Virus record (IMG/VR): IMGVR_UViG_3300049259_000057
Location: 1 to 62,051 of that record
DNA length: 62,051 nucleotides
DNA from: a virus
Lineage: Duplodnaviria > Caudoviricetes
Strand: one strand, 5' to 3'
Position 1 is the stretch's first letter. The number at the start of each line of letters is the position of its first letter. Below the pieces are notes generated by a model that was not told where the DNA came from, did not search any database, and worked only from the letters and a program-made list of their open reading frames with translations. Positions 55,567-62,051 of this stretch are shown here, piece by piece. The position numbers and the translations under genes were made by a program.

Positions 55567-55841
55567 GACGCGGTCCGGTGCAGTGAGCGGTACAGCGTCC
55601 AGCATTCGTCACAGCCACAGGTGGTCACGGGGAGCAGGCCGAACCCCTGATAGGGCTCACCAGGTATCGCGACTCGGGTGGTCACGGTTCCGTAGCTGTG
55701 GTATGTGGCGAGATATTCGGAGGGCCCCGGGTCCAATTTGTGACGACCCGCGCGGCAGTGGCCCCACGAGCATTCACCGTTGGCCAGGTGGGTGTAGTCA
55801 GGGTGGGTGCAGGCACGGCACCGATGAATGATCAGTGGCAT
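55563..55841 (-). CDS. Cys/His-rich hypothetical protein
   Basis: CRAC.H...H...C...C; CGCDEC. Confidence 0.6.
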   Translation of the reverse strand: MPLIIHRCRACTHPDYTHLANGECSWGHCRAGRHKLDPGPSEYLATYHSYGTVTTRVAIPGEPYQGFGLLPVTTCGCDECWTLYRSLHRTAS

Positions 55842-55844
55842 GGT

Positions 55845-56084
55845 TCAGCGGCCGATCAGTCCGGACAGGACGGCCAACACCACGACAGCGGTCACGGTCG
55901 TGAGGTAGGGGGCGCCGGGGCGCCGGGCCACGGTGGCAGCGACGGGCGCCAGCAGCGTGACCACGAGTGCCAGGGGCGCGCACAGCCGCCAGGCCGCCCA
56001 CAGTGGCCACTCGGACACGGGTGTAGTGGTGCGCCGAGCATGTCGGGCGCTGGTCTCGATCATGTGTGCATCGCTTTCGGGCAT
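55845..56084 (-). CDS. Small membrane protein
   Basis: Two hydrophobic segments. Confidence 0.5.
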   Translation of the reverse strand: MPESDAHMIETSARHARRTTTPVSEWPLWAAWRLCAPLALVVTLLAPVAATVARRPGAPYLTTVTAVVVLAVLSGLIGR

Positions 56085-56136
56085 GGCGGTACGCCACGTG
56101 AGTGGGCACGCGGGAACCGGGCGAATGGGTGTTCTG

Positions 56137-56397
56137 TTAGGCGGCAGGTGTGCTGTAGGCGCGCACGAGGTCGGGCGATTCGGTGACCACGAAATACGTG
56201 CCGGTCGACACGCCGAGGGCGCGCTCAATGGCCGCCGCCGTGGTGACGGTAATGGTGTGTGCGCGCCCAGAAAGAATCTGGGATATGCGAGCGGGGCTCG
56301 TTTTCGCCTCGCGGGCGAGGGTCGCTTGGCTGACATGGGTGGTGGCCACCCGTTCACGCAAGGCGGTCACGTCTCGTGCGCGGACATACACGGCCAT
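56137..56397 (-). CDS. Cro-like XRE HTH protein
   Basis: VSQATLAREAKTSPARISQILSG...AAAIERALGV; first gene of the leftward operon (start may be as far up as 56457). Confidence 0.85.
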   Translation of the reverse strand: MAVYVRARDVTALRERVATTHVSQATLAREAKTSPARISQILSGRAHTITVTTAAAIERALGVSTGTYFVVTESPDLVRAYSTPAA

Positions 56398-56479
56398 GTG
56401 GGGCGTCCCATGGTCACGCGCTGTGATCGTTGGGAGGTTCGATCGTCCCTGGATCACCAGCGCGGGTCACGTGATGCTG

Positions 56480-56508
56480 ACGCTAGGTCGGGCATCGTCG
56501 CACGTCAA
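56480..56508 (-). promoter_or_regulatory. Leftward sigma70-type early promoter
   Basis: TTGACG-N17-TAGCGT on the minus strand; palindrome TACTCATG-C-CATGAGTA nearby at about 56565-81. Confidence 0.7.
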
Positions 56509-56625
56509 GTGCCGTTTAACACACGGTGTGGTGATGTGTCATGCGGTAATCACACGTAGTGGCATACTCATGCCATGAGTACCCGCGTCGTGAGTGGTCA
56601 GTGAGTGCCGAGGGAGTAACCAGGG

Positions 56626-56925
56626 ATGACTGTCACCGACACCGCCACCCGAATTCCGTCACCTACCTTTGCCGACCTGTTCGGCCGATCCGGAATAGGT
56701 CAAAGGGAACTCTGCCGCCGGGCAGCGATGCGCGGATTCCAGTTGTATCAACAAACGGTTGAGCGATTGGTAGCCGCACCGATGCGGGAATATCCGAAAC
56801 CCGAGACGATCGAGGCCCTTGCGGCAGGGTTGGATGTGCCCTATGACGAGGTGCTCGGCGCTATCACTGCATCTTTGGGCCGTCCGGCGAGATGGTCACG
56901 CCTATCACCTGACAACGGTACGTGA
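56626..56925 (+). CDS. Immunity repressor-like HTH protein
   Basis: Divergent from Cro-like gene; QRELCRRA...YPKPETIEALAAGLDVP. Confidence 0.7.
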   Translation: MTVTDTATRIPSPTFADLFGRSGIGQRELCRRAAMRGFQLYQQTVERLVAAPMREYPKPETIEALAAGLDVPYDEVLGAITASLGRPARWSRLSPDNGT

Positions 56926-57014
56926 GCAGTAGCAGACGATACCCACGATCGGGGGAAGATCCACGGCACGATTAATCCGCTGCGCTACTGTGCGTACCGT
57001 GCGGCTGGCAACAG

Positions 57015-57503
57015 GTGGACACGAGCCCGGCATCCGGGTGTCATGAGGCCATCTCGCCCAGGTCGGCACGGCATTGTCACGGCGAGCGTGGGGGGTTGGC
57101 GGTGGACCAGGCAGGAAGTGAGTGGCAGCGATTCGTGTACGGCGCACCGGGCGGCATGTGGCTTGTCGTGATCGGCTCGGCGTCCTACGACCCGCCACCG
57201 TCCATTGACGACGCGCGCCTCCTCGGTGACCCCGCGAGTCTGGTCCGGATCGCCTATGACTATTACCGCAGACAGACCCCAGCGGCACAGCAAGCACTTG
57301 CCGACACGATCGGCGTCAGCCAGCAGCAAGCAAGCCGATACCTGTCCGGGCATACCACCTTTGACCCGTCCACGGTGTCGGCGGGGTGTTGGCAGCGGTT
57401 AGTTGATGTGGTGTTGATGGCGCAGGCTGATCAGGGTGACGTGACATCCCCGCCGGACGGTGCCGCCGCTGCCGAGTCGGACGCGCGACGCGACGCCCCC
57501 TAA
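57015..57503 (+). CDS. Hypothetical protein with C-terminal HTH
   Basis: QQALADTIGVSQQQASRYLSG. Confidence 0.6.
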   Translation: MDTSPASGCHEAISPRSARHCHGERGGLAVDQAGSEWQRFVYGAPGGMWLVVIGSASYDPPPSIDDARLLGDPASLVRIAYDYYRRQTPAAQQALADTIGVSQQQASRYLSGHTTFDPSTVSAGCWQRLVDVVLMAQADQGDVTSPPDGAAAAESDARRDAP

Positions 57504-57695
57504 TGCCCGTTCACGGGTGGCCGTCCTGCCACTGATGTCCGCGACTGTCGCCCGGTCGGACTCGTGTCGCGGGACCGGGCATCCGGCATTCTTGGGTGTG
57601 AGCCCGGTCACATCTGGGCGTAATTCGCTGAACTGTTCATCAAGCTAGGGGGGCGGGCCGACGCGGCCCAGAGCCAGACGAACAGGAAAACGATC

Positions 57696-58211
57696 ATGAG
57701 TGGTTACACGGCCGCGACACTGCGCGCCATGTGGATCGGCACCGGTCCCCATCAGGAAATGCGGGTGACCTTCACGCACCACGACACCCGGCGTGCCGGC
57801 ACGGTGCAGGAAATCGACGACACGATGGACGTCTGGGTGGACGGTGAACTCACCGAGGGTGTGAGATCGGACCGGGTGATCCACGCGGAGGTACGGGCAT
57901 CGTGGCGCGCGGCGGACCCACCGGTCACGGTCACCCAGCCCACCACGATCAATGGCCTGATGGTCATTGAAGCGATCCTATTGCCGGACCGGAAGGACAT
58001 GGTTCCGAACCGGTTCATGGTGCTGTGCGACCAGGGACCGGCAACGTCCCCGCGTTACGTGATCTGGATGGCCGCCAGTTACCTCGGGGCCGACTGGTTC
58101 ACCAGTGCCACCTACCTGACGGACCTGACCGACGCCGAGCGGCAGCTACGCGAGCGGGCCCGTAGCCACGGTGCCAGCCTTGAACCGGTGCCGCCCGACC
58201 CGGCGCAGTAG
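57696..58211 (+). CDS. Hypothetical protein
   Basis: AGGA SD; 171 aa. Confidence 0.7.
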   Translation: MSGYTAATLRAMWIGTGPHQEMRVTFTHHDTRRAGTVQEIDDTMDVWVDGELTEGVRSDRVIHAEVRASWRAADPPVTVTQPTTINGLMVIEAILLPDRKDMVPNRFMVLCDQGPATSPRYVIWMAASYLGADWFTSATYLTDLTDAERQLRERARSHGASLEPVPPDPAQ

Positions 58212-58253
58212 CATCCGGCCCCATGTGCCTACACAGGACCAGGGGGCCGAACG

Positions 58254-58520
58254 ATGGTCGACGGTGAGCCGGACCAGCACCCGAACACGATGACGACATG
58301 GGACGTGGCGGTGCTGGTGGGTTACACAAGCGACGACAGACGCATGATCTTGCGGCAGGCTGCCGGCTGGCTGCACCGAGCGGGTATCGGTGCGGTCGGC
58401 CGGCAGCCTGGTCGCACGGGGATGAACCTGTATCCGACCGATGCGGTCCGCGCCGCGCTGGACGCGATGCCGGGCCGGGGAGCACCGGGCCAGCCGCGCG
58501 CGAAACGGCACCAGGGTTAG
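58254..58520 (+). CDS. Small putative DNA-binding protein
   Basis: MTTWDVAVLVGY...WL.R.GI...NLY...V...PG.G. Confidence 0.6.
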   Translation: MVDGEPDQHPNTMTTWDVAVLVGYTSDDRRMILRQAAGWLHRAGIGAVGRQPGRTGMNLYPTDAVRAALDAMPGRGAPGQPRAKRHQG

Positions 58521-58529
58521 GAGACGACA

Positions 58530-58886
58530 ATGTCAGAGGGAACGACGTCAGCGGGCACGTGGACCGTGTGGGGCGATCAACGACAACCGCTCTTCGTCAA
58601 CCTGGATAGGGCGACAATGAAAGGGTGTATCGATAACGACTGGACGAGCGCGCTGTGGGCAGAGAACACGGATACCGGTGAGCGGTACACGGGGGTAGAA
58701 AAGTACATGGTACTTTTCCCGAATTGCCTGCCGAACCCTACCGGCAAATACCACGTCGTCACGTACACGGATTGGTTTTCACGCAAGGATACCCAAGAAC
58801 CGGTACCGTTCCTATCCGACCATGACACCTACCTAGAGGCGGACACGGCTCGTGAGGCAGCCAACAGCACGATCTCACCCGACTAG
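58530..58886 (+). CDS. Hypothetical protein
   Basis: AGGAG SD. Confidence 0.65.
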   Translation: MSEGTTSAGTWTVWGDQRQPLFVNLDRATMKGCIDNDWTSALWAENTDTGERYTGVEKYMVLFPNCLPNPTGKYHVVTYTDWFSRKDTQEPVPFLSDHDTYLEADTAREAANSTISPD

Positions 58887-58895
58887 GAAGAAATC

Positions 58896-59237
58896 ATGAC
58901 AGAAACAACGATCCTGGCGTGCGGTTGTCCGGAATCGACTGTGCGCGACGCGGGCCACGGGGAGGGATGCCGATTCGAGGGGATGCGTGCAGACGCGTAC
59001 CCGTGGATTCTTCGGTGGGCGGACGTGTGCGATCACGCGACGCTGGCACAGGTCCGGGACATCATGACGCGTGCGCGAGCCACGAACGCCCCCCTGGATA
59101 CTTTTTGGGAGGGCGCAGACACGGAAACACCCGCCAGCGACGATGACGGTTGGCTGACGGTAGACCAGATTCTCAGCCGTGAAACTCGGCGAGCGATTGG
59201 CCTTGACGAAACTCCAGAAACGGAGAACATCCCATGA
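58896..59237 (+). CDS. Hypothetical protein
   Basis: AGGAAG SD; CGC..H..GC. Confidence 0.65.
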   Translation: MTETTILACGCPESTVRDAGHGEGCRFEGMRADAYPWILRWADVCDHATLAQVRDIMTRARATNAPLDTFWEGADTETPASDDDGWLTVDQILSRETRRAIGLDETPETENIP

Positions 59238-59920
59238 CTCACGCACTATCCACGATGGACGATGTGCGCGTGCACCGATTCGAGGTCGAGGACAGGGCCG
59301 ATACCTGGCAGGTGACACAGGACTGGCAGGCGACCCATCACCAGCGGGATTGGTTGAGTGACGGTGATGTGGTCGTGACAAATCACGTGGTAGCGATCAT
59401 GGTGCTCACTCATCCGTGCGCGGTAACGACGCCGACGTGCGGCCTGGGCGTGGTGACGAGCCCATGGGAAACGATGGGCCGGTATGCCCGTGCGTACACG
59501 GTGGCCGCCCAGCTCGCGGAGGAGGCGCGCCTACCACTGGCCCCGATCGCCGCGCCGGACCAGTCGGCACCAGTCCGTCAGCGACGTACACAGGTGGCCG
59601 CAGCCGCCACGGTGGCCGCCACTGCCACGGTGCCCGAGCTGTCAGCAGCCCAGCGCAAAACGTTGACCACGCTGGTGGCGAAGGGTGGCGAGGTGAACGG
59701 ATACATCAAACAGCCGGGTATCGATGTGCGCAGCCTGGCGGCCCTGGTCACCAAGGGGCTGCTGGACTACATCGGCACGTGTGAGTGTTGGGAGACGGAC
59801 GGCGTGAACCCCTGCACTGTGGACCATGGCAAGGTGGACACGGACTGGTGTTATGAACGGGTGCGCATCAACGCTGCCGGCCGGGCTGCCCATGCCGCGT
59901 ACACCGGGGGCTCGTCATGA
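59234..59920 (+). CDS. Hypothetical two-module protein
   Basis: GGAG SD and ATGA overlap. Confidence 0.7.
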   Translation: MTHALSTMDDVRVHRFEVEDRADTWQVTQDWQATHHQRDWLSDGDVVVTNHVVAIMVLTHPCAVTTPTCGLGVVTSPWETMGRYARAYTVAAQLAEEARLPLAPIAAPDQSAPVRQRRTQVAAAATVAATATVPELSAAQRKTLTTLVAKGGEVNGYIKQPGIDVRSLAALVTKGLLDYIGTCECWETDGVNPCTVDHGKVDTDWCYERVRINAAGRAAHAAYTGGSS

Positions 59921-60005
59921 CTCGTATCGTGCCCGTGGCCAATGCTATCGTGCCGGACACCCCACGCCCCGATAAAGAGAACTGATCGATTCCGGAAATG
60001 GAGCG

Positions 60006-60572
60006 TTGCGGATGCCGGTCTCCCTGCCCGCCGAGGGCGCGCGTAGTCGATTCATCCTGTGGGTGGCACATCAAGCGGTATGGATCTACGCCAGTGCGGC
60101 GGTAGCTTCTATTCTGTCGGACGTATTTCCGGTTATCGTTCTACGGATCATCGCATTCGTAACGCTGACTGGCGTATTCCTACTACTCTGGACCAGGCGC
60201 TATCACGGTCTCACGCTGTGCCCGCTGTGCGCCATTGCCACCCCCTTGAATGGTCCAGAAAAGGCCAGGGATAGGGCAGCGATACTACAGTGGGCACATC
60301 GCATGTATAGCAGGCGTTACAGTTTGATATACGCGTTGATCATTGTGACATACTTGGGGCTTTTCTATTTCCTATTGAAGGTAGGGCGACTGGGCCCGCT
60401 GTCGAACCTGCCATTGGATCTGTTCTTTGTTACTGGATTCGTAGAAGCGTATGTCATGTCGGTGCATCGACCTCTACAGCCGTGGTGTCCGCAATGCCAC
60501 TGGGATGACGGCGGGGACCAGGAACCGTCACCGGACCCGGTGCCCCCTTCCGGTGCGGTGGTGGCCCAGTGA
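60006..60572 (+). CDS. Four-TM membrane protein with CxxC/His motifs
   Basis: Hydrophobic segments; H..LCPLC and HRPLQPWCPQC. Confidence 0.7.
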   Translation: MRMPVSLPAEGARSRFILWVAHQAVWIYASAAVASILSDVFPVIVLRIIAFVTLTGVFLLLWTRRYHGLTLCPLCAIATPLNGPEKARDRAAILQWAHRMYSRRYSLIYALIIVTYLGLFYFLLKVGRLGPLSNLPLDLFFVTGFVEAYVMSVHRPLQPWCPQCHWDDGGDQEPSPDPVPPSGAVVAQ

Positions 60573-60919
60573 CACAAGCTCTGATCATTGAGCCCGATGG
60601 AACCATCGACGTGCGGAGTGTCATCAGCGATGCATGGACCCGGGCCACTGTGATACATGACCTGGTGGGTGGCTATTTCACGATCGTGACGGGCCCCGGG
60701 TGGCACATCTATTTCAATGAGGATGGCCATCAGATGGGGTTGCCGAACAACGCGGTAGCGACTCGTCTCGCGGCACAGTTCCACCGGTTCATTCCGGATG
60801 ACGAACTCGTGGGGACCGTGGTTGTGTTCGGCAACGCGCGGAATGATGGTGACGCGGACGTGCCGCCGCAGGTGGTGGCATTGGCCAGGCGACTGGCGGC
60901 TGACGTCCACACGCGATAG
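60569..60919 (+). CDS. DUF3846-like protein
   Basis: ALII.PDG...LVGGY...NEDG...LP.N..AT...LVGTVV..G...G...DVP. Confidence 0.78.
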   Translation: MTQALIIEPDGTIDVRSVISDAWTRATVIHDLVGGYFTIVTGPGWHIYFNEDGHQMGLPNNAVATRLAAQFHRFIPDDELVGTVVVFGNARNDGDADVPPQVVALARRLAADVHTR

Positions 60920-61081
60920 GCGCATTTCCCGTTACAGGGACAGGAAACCACCCTATCGGGGGTAGGGGTTCTTCAGTGCAGCACCGGACGCGCTATGCAA
61001 TGCTGGCGTCGCGTGGCCCTCATGTACCCCCATGCGTGGGGGCCACGCGCCATCCCCCGGTGAACGAAACGAGTCAGTTCG

Positions 61082-61336
61082 GTGCAAAGGCTATCGGCGA
61101 ACAGTAGCGAAGCTCTCGCGTTGGCTTATCGGCTGACGCGGGCCCGTGAACGAGCGGGCATGTCCCAAGGGGCCGCCGCCACCGAGACCGGTATTCACCG
61201 TACCGGTATCTCAGATATCGAACGAGGCCGCCGTGTCGTCGGTGCGATCGAATTGGTATACCTGGCACGCGCCTACGGCGTATCAGTGAATCGGTTGCTC
61301 GGCATATGGCCAGGGGTACGTGATGAGGAGGATTAG
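61082..61336 (+). CDS. XRE-family HTH protein
   Basis: LTRARERAGMSQ..AA..TGIHRT.ISDIERGRR...EL..LA..YGVSV..LLG. Confidence 0.88.
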   Translation: MQRLSANSSEALALAYRLTRARERAGMSQGAAATETGIHRTGISDIERGRRVVGAIELVYLARAYGVSVNRLLGIWPGVRDEED

Positions 61337-61550
61337 CCCGCGTCCCTACGGATGGCGCCTGGTCGCGTTCCGAGTGCTGGGTTTCCTGGTGTCCTGTTAC
61401 GGCATCTACTCGTGTTCGGGTCACGTGGTGTGTGCGCTCGCGTCAAGGCACCCGGTACCGGCCGAGCTGTGGGGCGCGCTAGGGATGGCCGACCTGGTGT
61501 CAGCACTTCTCTACCTGCCTAGTGGTGGCGTCTATACGAGGAACAAGTGA
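61320..61550 (+). CDS. Small membrane protein
   Basis: Two hydrophobic segments. Confidence 0.45.
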   Translation: MMRRISPRPYGWRLVAFRVLGFLVSCYGIYSCSGHVVCALASRHPVPAELWGALGMADLVSALLYLPSGGVYTRNK

Positions 61551-61819
61551 TCATGTCAGCTATCGATCCTGACGATATCCCTGTCAAGATTGTGGATCGG
61601 CTAGGGCGCCTGAATCACACACGTGAATGCGGTTCCTTTGACGGGGGAACCGCGAACCGCAGGGTTCCGCCACCGTGGCCGTATGCCGGTGCGCATCGGG
61701 ACGTGGATATGCGGGTGGCCGCCGTCCGGTTGGCGCAGATGTTGACGGATCTTCACGTGCCGCTGGACGAGTTCGTACTCGTGGTGGACTACCGGAAGTG
61801 GGACGAGAAAGCGCCGTGA
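61547..61819 (+). CDS. Hypothetical protein
   Basis: GAGGA SD. Confidence 0.55.
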   Translation: MIMSAIDPDDIPVKIVDRLGRLNHTRECGSFDGGTANRRVPPPWPYAGAHRDVDMRVAAVRLAQMLTDLHVPLDEFVLVVDYRKWDEKAP

Positions 61820-61922
61820 CAACCGCCTGGGCATCACAACGGCCCCCTGGCGACGTCATGTCGCGGTGCTGTAGCGTCCTGGTTCGAGTAGGCCGTTGAG
61901 CTTGCTTCTCCCTGATAGGTAC

Positions 61923-61983
61923 GGCGCACGACAACGGCCCCTCTTCGGTCTCACAAGGACACGGGGGGCCGTTGTCGTGCGCC
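61923..61983. terminator. Long stem-loop (19-bp perfect IR)
   Basis: GGCGCACGACAACGGCCCC / GGGGCCGTTGTCGTGCGCC. Confidence 0.7.
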
Positions 61984-62039
61984 TAGGTGTCGTCATCCTG
62001 GTCGACGCGGTACCTGGCCGCCATAATCTTCCAATGGAC

Positions 62040-62051
62040 GCAAGATAAAGC
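62040..62051. repeat. 12-bp terminal direct repeat, right copy
   Basis: Identical to 1-12. Confidence 0.95.

Larger units (their letters stand above)
1..62051. mobile_element. Temperate siphophage/prophage genome of an actinomycete host
   Basis: Complete terminase-portal-capsid-tail-lysis set, serine recombinase, repressor/Cro-like switch, primase-helicase; Lsr2 and Xre-DUF397 point to Actinomycetota; no host housekeeping genes seen. Confidence 0.93.

Overview
This window looks like an essentially complete temperate, GC-rich actinobacterial siphophage or prophage genome. The first and last 12 nt are identical (GCAAGATAAAGC). The minus strand carries a Cro-like gene (56.4 kb), a replication/recombination module (PD-(D/E)XK exonuclease, Prim-Pol/SF3 primase-helicase with an iteron-like origin, Holliday junction resolvase), then HNH, terminases, a DNA methyltransferase, portal, scaffold and capsid. 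A glycosyltransferase sits inside the head genes, followed by head-tail, tail, tape measure, minor tail and GH25 endolysin genes. The plus strand carries about 26 kb of accessory genes (56.6 kb to the end, then 0.4-20.3 kb): a large serine recombinase, two tandem Lsr2 genes, an orphan HigA and close to 20 HTH/wHTH regulators, with an Xre-DUF397 pair embedded on the minus strand. The most interesting candidates are: (i) a small protein ending in ...HHPVSGG coupled to a Cys-His (WCAHP) partner, a possible ubiquitin-like/di-glycine system; (ii) two arrays of back-to-back RNA hairpins with anti-SD-like CCCUCC loops flanking the Xre-DUF397 pair; (iii) a tRNA-minihelix-like element; (iv) a leaderless antisense Zn-finger gene and a GT4 glycosyltransferase within the capsid operon. 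All functional calls come from reading motifs by eye; no database search or folding calculation was run.
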